Below, one piece after another: positions 27,291-40,800 of a stretch of DNA of 64,000 nucleotides. The stretch is from Azolla caroliniana. Its lineage: Eukaryota; Plantae; Polypodiophyta. Positions within the stretch are counted from its first letter, which is position 1. Every line of letters begins with the position of its first letter. A program made the position numbers and the translations under genes. The stretch is from assembly GCA_043228905.1 (NCBI GenBank), contig JBHGNT010000006.1, forward strand, positions 4,464,001 through 4,528,000, read 5' to 3'. The notes beneath the pieces were generated by a model that saw nothing but the letters and a program-made list of their open reading frames with translations, was not told the origin of the DNA and made no database searches.

Positions 27291-27990
27291 TGGGTTTGCA
27301 TTATGGTGGAGATTGGAGGAGAAAGTTTGGATATCAGGAGAGTCGGAGACCTAGGTAGATTCAAGGCGTTTTGTGTGCAAAGAAATAAATGCATTGTACA
27401 ACTAGCAAGGGAACAACAGATTTGGTGCTCGAATAGGTTGTATGACATTAGGCCCACCATAGCCTCTATCATGTTATTGAACATTTGAAAATCCAAATGC
27501 AAAGAATGTATTTTGGGAGCAGAAAGTCGACCAAGGGAGACAATCACTGCTCTATGGTATGATCTGGTAACGAATATGAAGAGTTGCAAAGCTCTTCAAA
27601 CACACCGGAAGCTATGAGACTTTCCTTTCAACAATCATGGTCGAATTCACCTTTGGAGGACTATGTAAATGGCATGCTAAAGTGGTGCTATACCACGCCT
27701 AAATGGCTTTATCCGTCCTGGAAGCCCAACCAGGAAGGTACATGATATTTTTCTGAAATTTTGCAAGTGACAAGATGATTAACACAAATGAAGATTACAA
27801 TATCTTTTTGTTGTTAGTCATCAATATCAGTTTTAGAGGAGTTCAATGATGAATAGAGGGGAGTGTTCCAGATAGGGTAATGTGGTAGATAGAACTGCTG
27901 AGTGTCTATGATTACATTATTGGTGTACATATTGAATAGTAAAGACATTTTACCTAACTAATGATGAGAACCCTTTCTTCGAAAAAAAAC
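27291..27990 (+). mobile_element. 5'-truncated L1-like LINE 3' end
   Basis: TSD AGATTACATTT at 27280-27290 and 27991-28001; LKWCYTTPKWLYP C-terminus; CTAACTAATGATGAG...(A)8 tail. Confidence 0.8.
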
Positions 27991-30900
27991 AGATTACATT
28001 TATTTGTTTGTTTGTTTTTACTTTTATTTATTAGTTATACCCACAATTTCGTATTAAAGTTGACAATTGGGCAAATTGAAATGTGTAATTTTATGGAAAA
28101 AGTGAAGTGTTGAGGTAGGCCTCCTTATCATTGGCCCTTTTATTGCCAAAAACAATGAGTGTAAGGGACATTGTTGGAACTTGGCATTATATTTTTAAAT
28201 ATCTAGAAATGTGATAGCCACATCATTTCACAAAATACCAAACTTTTCCCCCACTTGAGTAGGATTCAAAAATATGGATGTTCTAGCTATATATATGTTT
28301 ATTTGAATAGATGACTATAACATTTCTATATATTCAAACAAAATTAAGCTTGTCCCACTCTTACTTACTATTGTCATACTCATCTAGGTGATCTAATTCA
28401 TAATTTCACAAAGGCACATACATCACATTTTCAATCAAGTCTTTCTTTTGAGAAAAACTCTTCATGAACATTTCGAATCCCCTTACCTTGAGTGAAATGC
28501 AAGGTCATCACATTCCAAGGGAAACACTAAATGTCCTTTGGGCTTCTCCAATGTTTACTGGAGTTTATTGCAAACAACCATTAACATCCTTGCACACTAT
28601 AGCAATGGGTACTTGACAAGTTACCTCGAACCACTTCGCATTCAAAGGAACATCAACCATGACCGGTAGTATCAATTTTTTTATGCCATCCACAATACCA
28701 TAACATTTGAGAATAATGAGGATGAATATGTTAAATGTCAATTTTATTCAAAGCAAGACATTAACCCACGAATTGATTAAATGTATAAAACACAAAATGA
28801 TATAATCAAACTACAATATGATTTCATAATTTGGTAAAATAATTAAAGTCATGCAAACTTTGTGTTCATTCATGCTAATATTTTTGTAAAATAACAAAGA
28901 AATGCATGGAGTGTCATTACATTTACAATATCAACAATGAAGAAAGGAGAAAACGCTTATGTTTATTACAGAGCGTTGAAACCAACCACAACAAAGATTA
29001 TACATAGAGCAAGTTGCAACTCCTACGCTCCTAAATGCTAAGATATGGATACAATTCAATGGGTGAAAGTGAAGTTTGACCCTAAAAAGTATGCTATGAT
29101 AGCCCTTTAGAAAATAGGTAATTAGTCCCAACAACTACCTCATTCGCAATATTAAATGTACTCATAGTTTGATGTTTCACGCATCTGGGTTGTAACTTGG
29201 TGCTTGTTCACACTTAACACCCCATCTACTATATGCATTATCAAAAAAGTGTGATGGTTTAACATATTAGTTGGGATGTGTTCTTAAACAAGTGCAACAC
29301 ACTCAAATATATCATGTCATCTTGCCTATGTATTTAAAGCATTATCAATCTCTTTGGGCGAAAATGCTTACTAACCAAAATTTTGAACATCATCTTTTAA
29401 TGTTGTAGCCCAAACTTTGCTAACAAGGCTTAGGATAGGCATTATAAATTGCCATCGTTTTGTGATAATATGTATGACATCATTCACATTGTTTTTTTAT
29501 CCATGATGAATGCACATTTGAAGCAACGCATGGTACATGACAATGGTACATGATGATATCTATCAACACATTCCACTTCACCTTAGGTAAGATACTAGAA
29601 GCATGAGCTCGTTAGCAAATAATAGAGGTAGCGCAAGCTTGACACAACATAATACACACATATAGTAGAAAACCCCAAAGTGCAATCACAACAAACGTGT
29701 GAGTATGACAATAGCAATAGCTCATGTTTGCCTAAGTAAACAAATAATGATACAATTCAAGAAGTGAAGTGATAGATTAATCCTATAATACATTCTATGT
29801 CTCTCTCTAAATCTTTCTATGTCATATCGCTTCTCATCTTGAAAACATTGCAATTTTTACTTTGCTTTCATTGTCTTGGTGAATGTGCTACACACTTATG
29901 AGGAGACATTAGGCCTTTATTCATGAGTGAAGAGGAGTTAAGCGTTATGGATTATCTATAAATGGAGAGGCATAGAATTTGATAATATAGAGATATGAAC
30001 CTACAGAACCCTAAATGGGCAACATGTATAGTTGCTTTGACTATTGAACTATGTGTTTTGTTAAACTAATTAATTATATGATTGGGTAGGAGGCTACAAG
30101 GTTATCCTTGCTTTGCTCAAGATTTCAATTCTCAAGAAAAAAACTTTGTGGAATTTGGACTGATTTCAAATTGAAACAAAACCATCATATCCAAACTAGC
30201 ATAGGCAAACAAGTATGATATAAAGCGCTTGAGAAAACTATGTTGAAGGAACTCGACAAAATGGCTATGTAACTGTTACCATACGAAATGTACGGTAATT
30301 CCCATAATTTACCATTACCATTAACCCTAACCCTAACCCTAAAACCAATCATAGTAACTTCGAGTGAAGGGATCTTTTCTTATCAAAGGATTAGGACGAC
30401 GATATATATAATTCATTTAAATGAAACTTGTGGATGACTCCATATAAATAATTCATTGTGGTTCCCTCAGAGGAAGATGATTTTCACACCCATCTTCTAC
30501 AAATCCATACCCTCCTTTGTTGTGATTATAGCCACATTTACGACATTGTCATGTTTATAACGGGGGATAATATTTGATCAAATATCTATTCCTTTTTGTT
30601 ACTTGAATTCTCTACTAACTAGTTTTGTGCTTCAATTCTAGGTGATCAAGGTGTACTTCAACTTTTGGAGCCATTTTCATGGAAAAGCCCACTTGGATTT
30701 GGGTAGGTAACAAAATCCTAAGTTTGACTTTGAAATTAACTACATCAAACATTTCATGGAAGAACTTCATTTTTCTCTATCTTGGACTTTCATGGACTCT
30801 TTGTAATGAGAGGGCTCTCTTGCTTATGTCAATATCGCATGATCCTGCATGGAACAAACATGTTCAACTGATTTGACTATCTCGTCAACATTCATAGGGT

Positions 30901-31596
30901 CTTTCAAATCATGGGTTCCTACTCATAGTTTGAGCATGAACTTCTCATATCTCCTTTAATTTTCTCGATCCCCTAGCTTTGGGATCGTCCTTCAAATTCT
31001 CGTGCAAAACACTAGCCCATCCACTGTCTTGGGCATTCCCCATGGTTTAGTTTTCCTCTACACTAATTGAGGCATTATCATCCATTGCATTTTACAAGCT
31101 CCCACTTAAAGGACAAAGTTCTCATTTCTCCATTTGGCAACCAATGAAATGACCCTTCATACACTCTCTTCTTTGGAGGGCCTCCATGCATCTTCTCTTA
31201 ATACAAGACTACATATTGCTTTGGACTTGCTTTGGAGCACTTTTCTCAATTTCGGGTTGAATTTCTAGCATAGATCCTTGGGCAATGAATGTATGCCTCA
31301 TAGAAAAATATTTGGAAGTGAGCATAATGTAGGACCTAAACTCTTGTGCTACTCTTAAAACCTTGTTTTTGTTTGGAGAGAGATTGTATCCAATATGACC
31401 TTTTATAAGTTCAAATTGGCATATGGTAATATCATGAAAACCTAATAATAGATGGGCCAAAGCATTCTTTCTTTGACATTGTTGACTATAAGGGAATATA
31501 AACTCATTGGATTCCTCAATTTTCACAAAAACGCATAAATTCGTTATAGTTGAATCCCTTTCTACTATCAAACCTAACAAAATTTAGGGAAATCTA

Positions 31597-33265
31597 CTTT
31601 CTTAAGTTATGATGTTCTACAGGATGGACGATTAGGGATGATTACCCGGGAAGATGAATGTTTAGCTAAGGCTATATTAAAACCCATTAGAATTCTAGCT
31701 AAGGTAGATAAGGGTTGGGTTCTTGACCCTAATCCTAATGATGTGCATATTGGTGGGATCAATGGGTAGTGGGGAAAAAACCATTATGTGAATTGGATTG
31801 GGACCCAAGAGAATGGAAGTGGCTGCCTACATCATATTCTGGGGAGGATGTAGGCCAATTCTGTTTTTTTAGTATTCTGTTCGATTGGGAAGGGAGATGA
31901 TAAGACGTAGGGTACCCCATTGGCCGACAACAGCAACAAAATGGTTGACTTATAATGTGGATCCTACTCACATGACAACATTTTGGAAATGGCTATGGGC
32001 TATGCAAATTCCAAAGAAGATTATTCTATTTAGATGGTTGATTGTTAATTATGCGGTTCCTATTAGGGCTTGGACGTATTGTAAAAAAGTGGATAAGATG
32101 TGTGATTTGTGGTTTAGAAGTGGAGTCTCTTCATCACCTATTTTGGTCATGTATGGTTGCCAAAATGGTTTGGAAAAGATTTTTACGTCTCTTGCATGAG
32201 GTTTATGGCTCTAGAATATATAAATGGGGGGCAATTATGTGGGCTAATATTATGGGTGAGGTACAAGATTATGAAAAAGAAAATGCTAACTTTGCATTAT
32301 ATACAAGAGGTCGATATGTTGAGGAAGTGTCGCCATACATGCCTATTAATTCAGTCCAAAATGGCATGGTTTGGGAGACGATTAGTTCAATAATTATATG
32401 GGTTTTGTGGACTAGTAGATGTCGAAGGATATTTCAACAAATTCAATGGAATGTTGTGGATGCAGTCAAGGAGATTTGGATGACCTTAGTGCATACACTA
32501 AAAGGAGAATATGATGCTATCAAAGGTGATCCAGATGTAGTCTTTCGAAAGCAAGAGGTTTTTAAGAAGAGATGGGAAAGGATGAAGGTATTCTACATGG
32601 TTAATGGTGGTATACGTTGGAGGTATCAGCCACCACTCTGGTTATTTCCTCCACCAACATGAGGCATGTGTTAATGTATAACTACTATTTCTTATGCTCA
32701 GGGACAAACATACGTCTATAATAGTCTAAGAGTAGTTGAAAGGGACTATGCGAAATTTTGTGACCTATATTTTTACTTTGAAGGCATGCATAAGCCTAAA
32801 AGCTATGAGAAGAGGGCAAGAAATCCATAATGAGATCATTGAAAGGGAGTTTGATTAAGATCCGTGTCTTGTGGCTATTCTAGTGGATGCATATGCTAAA
32901 TGTGGCATTTTTGAAGATGCTAATGCAGTAATTGGACTACTTCCGGATGCAAACACCCTTGTAAGTTTGCTAAAGGACTGTGGCGGTGTAGTGGTAACTG
33001 ATAAGGGCATAGACATTCACAATGAAATCGTGAGACTGTTGGAAGACAATATTGAGCTTGGGAATGCTTTGGTGGACATGTAGGCTAAATGTGGCCAGCT
33101 TGGAAAAAACCGAAAAAACATTCAATGATCTTTTAGATCGGGTGTTGTGGGATAGAGCGGCTTCAATAGTTGCACAATCTCTACGGAAAACGTAGCATTG
33201 TAGTTGATGTGCCTTTTTTAAAACTAATGGAAGGATATTTTGTTTAAAATAAAAAATAAAAAATA
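31597..33265 (+). mobile_element. 5'-truncated L1-like LINE with a PPR coding fragment in its 3' UTR
   Basis: TSD TAGGGAAATCTA at 31585-31596 and 33266-33277. ORF2 end (CVICGLEVESLHHLFWSC ... WRYQPPLWLFPPPT* at 32662), then PPR peptides at about 32760-33150, then AAAACTAATGGAAGGATAT and an A-rich tail. Confidence 0.87.
32760..33150 (+). pseudogene. PLS-class PPR gene fragment
   Basis: LLKACISLKA..KGQEIHNEII, ILVDAYAKCGIFEDA and KGIDIHNEIV..LEDNIELGNALVDM*AKCG are typical PLS PPR motifs, with stops. Confidence 0.85.
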
Positions 33266-33849
33266 TAGGGAAATCTATTCATTTGTTACAAAACAACCAT
33301 ACACTTTTGATGTAGATATAGAAATAACAAAGGTTGAAATGAAGAAGTGGGTCAAACTTTTCTTCAACGTTAAAGTGAGAGGCATTAATAGTCTTTGATT
33401 ACTTGGCACAAAGAAGAAACAAAAGGCCTCGGAAAGAAGTTAGAGGGCCCTTACCACCTAACTACCCTGTTAGTGGGAACTGGCACTTGTTGATTGCCAA
33501 GTAGAAAACAAGGAGCCTATGCATTTGTCATGTCTAGAGTTTTGTCTCCATATGTACTACAAAATGTCTATTTCTTTGAGACAAAAATTTCCCTAAGAGG
33601 TTCCTATTAGTGGGGCTACAATCAATAAAACATATGAAAATTTTGACAACACATGCAACAATTTGGTGGCATAATATCAATGTTTTGAGCTTGAGGGTTG
33701 CCACAATCCCACTTTAGACTAACTCATGTTTTCCTACTTAGGAAAAAAATTCTTGAGTTGTTCTCCTTATGATGAACTATAGCCTCACATATTCCTCTTT
33801 GCTTGTGCACACTTTAGGGGTCCCTTCCCCCCCCCCCCCCCCCCCCCCC

Positions 33850-34540
33850 ACCAAAAAAAAAACTCCTTCCATTAGTTATAAAATTTTATAGATGAGAGTG
33901 GTATATACAAATCCCTGTAGGGACGCAATAGTTCCATTTTATGTGGATGCCCGCTGACTCAAGGAAAGGAGAGGACAACCATTGTTCGATGAAGGCTAAT
34001 TGTTGTCTTTCAACTCCATCGGATATGCCTGTGAGGCCATTGTATTAGCTCTTTAGAGTGGCTACAATTTCACTCCATATCTCCTGCATTAACATTACTT
34101 GATGCACGGTTTGGTTGGAGAAGACCCTTCTACACTGTTGTTTCCATAGAATCCAAAGAGTTATTGCGTTGACCAATTCCAACACAACTTAAGTTTTGGC
34201 ATTAATAGGAGTTGAGTGGATACTGTCGATGGTGGAATAAGAAATCTCTTGTGCGTTTATCACCAAAGTCATCCTCTCCTCCTGATGTTCGTACCTGTCA
34301 ACTAGGGCCTGCCATGATAACCAACATACATTTCCCCAGTTGAGTGTGCCTTGCACTTGACATAATTGCAATAGGTGGCCAACCCCCCGCCATATTCGAT
34401 GGGCCTCTAGGAAGTCCCACAGAGCGTGTCGGAATGATTTTGTTACATTTGGGCATGTTCCTTCTTTTCGTGAATGTCATATGACTTCCGAAATCTAGAG
34501 TTATTTGTCTGTGCTTAGCAAAACCCACTAGATACAATAG
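33850..34540 (-). mobile_element. 5'-truncated L1-like LINE 3' end
   Basis: Minus-strand IKWNYCVP C-terminal motif and tail TAACTAATGGAAGGAG(T)n next to a long C/G run at 33827-33849. Confidence 0.6.
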
Positions 34541-35815
34541 AGCTATAGTACAATTTGCAAGGAGCTAACTTCAATGGTTTTTCTTAAACTGCAATATGTA
34601 GCAAGGGAGTGCCAAGGTGGACAGATAATAACAAAATTCTCAAAAGAAAGATTGATGGAGATACAATTAGAAACATAAAATGAATATCCCAAATCAAATT
34701 CTTTACATGATAGTTTAGAATTAGTTATGTTCAAATATAACTATCACATAACCGAAATGCCCTAGTCATCTCTTTATATCTAAGGTTATAGGTTCACACT
34801 AGTATAGGCCGTTTGGTTTTTTACCGTTACGACACCCTTGAGAATTGTCCTAGTAAGCATGAATAATGTATACTAAATGAGAATGTTATATAATTTATGC
34901 ATACCATATCACCAGTCAAAATTAAATGTACAAGTTATACACAAACAAGTAGAATTCAATGTGCTAAAATGGATCTACTTTCCTCATGAGAAAAACTTTT
35001 ACGCATGGCATGACAAATGGACATGAATGACCAATTCCTACTCATATCCCAACAAATGTGGGTTTGAAACTAAAATTAGACTACATCAAGTTTATTGTCT
35101 CTCATGAATGGACGACAAGTTATAGCCATTTTTTGTAGCAAACTGGGTGATGACAGAGTTATAGCCATTTTTTGTAGCAAAGTCGATGATGACAGACATG
35201 TTTTAAGTGCTTGGAGTAGTAGGAGAACATGACACAATGCAAGGTTCATGGTGACATATCGATCAACATTCATGGTGACATATTGATGCAGTCAATGACA
35301 TCGTCTAAGAGCTCTCTTGACCATAAATGCATGACACCAACATGGCTTAAGCATAAGATCATTTGTATGGGGAAGAGTGTGATGTTGAATAACCTATGAA
35401 ATGGTCCAACATATAAACTTTGGCCCATCCACTACATTCAATATATAACACTTTGGACATAGTTATTGATCACAACTTTCTAAAGTGAAGCGACATACCA
35501 ATACCTAACCGCATGTGCACGAGCATGTATTGCAAGAGAGTACATGGCAAGCAAGAGTGGAGGGACTAGCATTTCTTACAATGAGTTGATAAGAGCATGT
35601 CCTGGAAGAGAAGGCTTAATCGGTAGAAAACCCGCGCAAGAGTGTGGCCACAAGTATAGGACAGACAGATGAAGACGACAAAAGGGACTCGATGGAACTA
35701 ACAAATGGGGCTCAGACGAGTCTTCTGTATATCAGATGACAAATGCTTCACACATATGGGAACCGCATTTGTCTCTTCTCTACCACAACCTTTGACCATA
35801 ACACACACACACACA

Positions 35816-35854
<39 letters not shown>

Positions 35855-37558
35855 TCACACACTCACTTTTGGTGAAAACACACACTTATATTAATAAATG
35901 TGTGTAAAAAACACTACTTACAATGGGTGTGACAATGGAGTATGGTCACCCACTAACTACACTACATTGATAGTGGAACATGTTGAAGTGCCAATAGGCA
36001 AGACGAACACTCCACCGAGGAAAGAATTTTCACATGCTCCAATAAAGAAATTTGCCACATTAGTACTCCCTTCAACTTTTGTAGATATGCTTTCACTCCA
36101 TGTCTACCATCAAATACAAAAGCGTTGCGCATATTCCAATTATGACGTAATCCCCAATATCTCAGAAATAGAAAAACGATCGCCATCTCTGATTTTGGGT
36201 CAACCTCTGTAATTGTGCAAACACCCATTGTCTAGGAGTCAAATAACATCATGATAAGACTTGCCAAATTTGAGAAATGTAATTCCAAATCTGACAAGCA
36301 ATCAGGCATTGTATAAATCCATGAGTATTATCTTCCATTTGAACAGTGCAAAAGAAGCAATTACCCGTTGCTAGTCCACGATGCTTTACAGCTAATCCTA
36401 GAGGCAATCCTCTAATCAAAACTCTCCAAATGAAGACCTTTGCAACAAGTGGCAATTTAGAATGCCAACTACATTGTATTGTAAGATCTGTCACCACCCA
36501 TGATCAGATTTGTGTATTCTTCATTCTTCTTCAGTCTTAGATGATAACCATCCAAGAGACTAAACAGAGCAATGATACAAAAGATTAGTAGTCACTTGTA
36601 ACAACGACGTTTGAACCTTTAAACATCAATCAATCCACGGTTGTTCTCCTATTTGTAGAGGTAAGGAACCTTGCATAAATGGAATATTTTGTAATTGTTG
36701 CCAAATAAACCCATAATTAGGCGGAATGCGTAATAATTGTTGTGCTTGAACAAACTCCAAAATTCTTTGAGATGGAGCCTCAACTATATCTCCCAGCTCT
36801 TTGACCCCCAAACGATTAAATTGAGAGCGTAACCTCTCCTTTACTGGCCAACATAATAACCGAGAAGACACAAGCAACTATTTTTGCAAAGAATTACAAT
36901 GCTCTCTACTAGGTGATGGTTTCCATACACATAACAAGAGTGCTTCTTGCCATGAGCCCCCATGAGGTAACCAAGTGTTGAACACATGTAGAGTCCATGG
37001 TTGTGAGTTTGAACACATGTCTTGTAATAATGAAAATCTACGAGCCATCATATGCTTAGATAAGTTCAATATTCCAATTCCCCCCAAGCACTTAGGGGTT
37101 GCTAGATGATTCCACGCAACCCAAGTGATTCCCATCTTCTCCCTCTTCTTCCACAACAAATATCGAAGAGGTTGCAAAATAGAATGCAAAGCCTTCTTTG
37201 TCCATGGCAATAGTGGCAAGTAATATAATATCATGGGTTCCATAATACATTGTACAACCTTCAAGCATACATGAAATGGCCAAGATTGTGACATCCAATA
37301 CATGAACTTATTCCTCAACTTACGAGACATCCATTCAATCAATTGTCCATTTGTAACATTCATTCCTAATGGATAGCCCAAGTGTCGAAAAATAGAGCCT
37401 TTCTTCACCACAGATCCTCATCCTAAACATTCCAAATCCCTTTCAGTACATGATATGAGACCAGACTTCCTCCAATTAATATGTAATCCGGAAGCCAATG
37501 AAAATTGGTTCCATACAAGCATCCCCTTCTCAAGATTCTCTCTTGAGAATGTAATTTC

Positions 37559-37596
<38 letters not shown>

Positions 37597-37737
37597 CTTA
37601 TTTTTTATTTTTTATTATCATAATTGCCTTACCTTGGTGGTAAGTTGTTAGCACTACAAACATTGTGTTCTAGGTTCGAAACCCAACTTCCTCACCTCTC
37701 TATTATATACTTCTTATATATCTCTTAATTCACTAGA

Positions 37738-37815
37738 TGTCACTATGGAATGTAGGGGTTGAACCCATGACCACCTGGTCTCCAGTGGGCAACCTTACAA
37801 ACTGAGCTACATCCA
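37738..37815 (+). repeat. Short LTR-end fragment (TGTCA...) with antisense tRNA-like cassette, similar to the solo LTR at 15703
   Basis: Minus strand reads GATGTAGCTCAGTTTGTAAGGTTGCCCACTGGAGACCAGGTGGTCATGGGTTCAACCCCTAC...GTGACA, aligning with 15984-16072. Confidence 0.7.
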
Positions 37816-37819
37816 TCTA

Positions 37820-37879
<60 letters not shown>

Positions 37880-37881
<2 letters not shown>

Positions 37882-40800
37882 TGTGCGCCCGTTTCTCTCC
37901 CTCCATTTTTTTCTGCATTATATAGCTCGTTGGAAAGCTCTTTCAGAGAGATTTCTAACGAATGTTTATTTGCTGAATTCCGTTACCGTTGTGAGAAGTT
38001 ATGAGCATTTTAGTCCGCAACACTCTTTGCCCAGCGGTTCCTCAAACTCAAGGTAGATTTTGAAACCCTAAATCGATTGAAAGGTACATTCTACTTCTTC
38101 TTCCATTTTATTAATAGTAAATATGCCAAGAGGAGTAAAATTCAATGATGATGTGATTGAAAGCCTAAACAATCAAATGCATACTTTGTCCATGGAAAAG
38201 ATGGCAGCTATGTATATCTCATTGCAAGAGACAGTGATGCATATGCAAAGCGAAATGTATGGTATAAGGAGCGAGAATTAACTCTTCAACATACACTGGA
38301 AATGCAAAAGTTAGAGATTAAAGCTTCGCGTGAAGAACTACATGCAATGAAGAACATGACTATTCAAATGCAAGATAATCGGATGCCTGAAATAGAAAGA
38401 AAAATATTGAGTCTTGAAGCAGAAAAAGAGATTTTGGTGAAGGCAAATGCCAAAATAAAATCTACAATTGAAAGTAAGGAAGATGTGATCATGACAAGGT
38501 GGAAAGATGTTCTCTTGAAAGAAACACCGAAAATAACGCAAAGGCATTCTAATACCATGGATGTGTTAGATGCAAAGGAGCAATATGAAATCGAAAGAAG
38601 AAAGAATAATATTGTCATTAGAGGTATGCAAGAGAATGAAACAGAGAATGCATTATCTCTTGGAGAGAATATTATGAAATTCTTTGAAGATCACTTTGTT
38701 ATGCGAGATGTTATTGTATATGCCGCACGTTGAGTTAGCATAACGCAACTAGAGGGAAAGTCATCTCAAGCTATTGTTTGTACAATCCTTGATGAACGTA
38801 AAAGGGCAATGATTCTAGATAGTAGTAAGGTGTACTTAAAAGGAACAAGTTTTTTTGTAATGGAGGATAGAACTCCACAAGAGCAAGAACATAGAAGGCA
38901 AGCATATGCATCTAAGAAAGCAAATCAAAAGGCATAGCAAGCAACGGCCTATGGGACTATAAGTGCTTCATGATTGAAAGTAATGTTTTGGAATTGTAGA
39001 GGATATCCATGGAATAAGGGTTTAGGACTCAGTGATGTAGCTCAAGGTATGGATATTATATTTTTTTGTTGAAACATGGGAGCATGAGGCAAAACGTATA
39101 CCTAAGATAGACGGTTACCTCATAAAATCAATATGGCCTCACTCCAAAGGGAATATTGGGCGTGTCGGGATAGCATGTATCTACCATGAGAGCTTAGATA
39201 ATTCTATCAAAGTATGCAAATATGATGACTATAAGAGATACATATGGATAGAGGTTAAATTGGGGAAAGAGAAGTTGTATATAGTTGCCTGTTACATTCC
39301 TCACAAAGACTCAAACTACTATAGTAGGTTTGGGTTAGATTATGATGATCCTTTTACAAAATTATGCCATGATATACTTTCATTTGAGAAGCTTGGTAAA
39401 GTTTTAATTATGGGAGACTTCAATGCGAGAGTTGGAAATTTCCAAAATGTGGAGACATTTGAAGAAAATGTAGTAGAACATTGTCTATTGCGTGACTCAG
39501 AGGATTGTGTCTTGTCTGATTATGGAAAACTTTTGATGCAGATGTTAAATTGCACAAACTTGATTATCCTAAATGGTATAAAGGCATTCCCATTGACAAA
39601 TGTGCTCACATGTTTACCATCCTCGGGTGGAGGAAGTGTGGTTGATTACGCATTAATGTTGGCATGTGATCTATCATTGGTGAATGTGTTTAAAGTTGGT
39701 TCTCTATCTCTGGACTTAGATCACAAGCCATTGTACCTAGAGCTTGCAATTCCACATTTCACCAATAGATGCCATGGAGTGAAAGATGAAAAAAGATGTA
39801 TCATCCGACCTTGTAATTCTTGGTTCGACGATGAATGTAAGATGTATCTCAAATGGTTTAAGTCCATAGAGGGGGAAAATGAAAAGATTGTTGCATTGCA
39901 CCTATATAAGAAAGTAGTGAGGAGAAAGAAAAGAAGATATTTCCAAATGCAAGAGATGAAAAAGAAAAACTTGTTTAAGCTCAAACCAAAGTTAGCATGG
40001 GAACAACTCAAGGGTAAGAAAGAAAATGTGAAAGGCCACTTTACAAATGAAGAGATGTTAAACTATGTACAAAGGCTATATATGCATGAAGGTGTGGCTC
40101 CTATGGTTGAGAAAATTGAAACACCATGCACTACATGTATCGATATTGATGATGTCAATAAGGGAATAAAGAAGATGGTGAGTGGGAAAGCAACGGATGC
40201 AACCTACATCTCAAGTGAGCTTTTAAAATGGACAATGCCACATACTCGTCATTGGATAATGACAATTATAGAGCAAGCTATAAAACAAGGATTTCCAAAT
40301 GATTGGCTATGAATTGGATTAAACCAATATTTAAAGCCGGAGATAAGAATCAAGTATCAAATTATCGTACAATAATGGTGAGCTCAACTATTGCTAAATT
40401 ATATAGCACTATTATGGAGCAAAAGATAAGCACATGGGCTGAAAGTACAAGCAAAAGAGCACTTGGGCAAGCAGGATTTAGACCCAAACACTCCACTGTG
40501 GATCATTTGGTCACATTGAGAGTAATCATGGAAGAGAGTCGACTACAAGGAAAAACACTTTATTGTTGTTTTGTTGATTTTAAGAAAGCTTTTGATATTG
40601 TACCACAAAGTGAGCTCTGGAATAGAATGGTAGAGATAGACATGCCATTAGAGTACCAAGTTGTTGTTGCACGCCTATATGAACAAGTTAAATGTCAACT
40701 AAAAATGGATAGTGGATTCTCAAAGCACTTTTTAAGTTACATGGGGGTCAAGCAAGGATGTCCACTATCACCCACACTTTTTGGCTTATGTATTGATAAA

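Noticed and set aside
28480-28710. Exon-like minus-strand segment with a GTAAG donor
   Set aside because: Contains stops and no recognisable homology.
30640-31580. Possible decayed gag-like ORF on minus
   Set aside because: No diagnostic motif could be confirmed.
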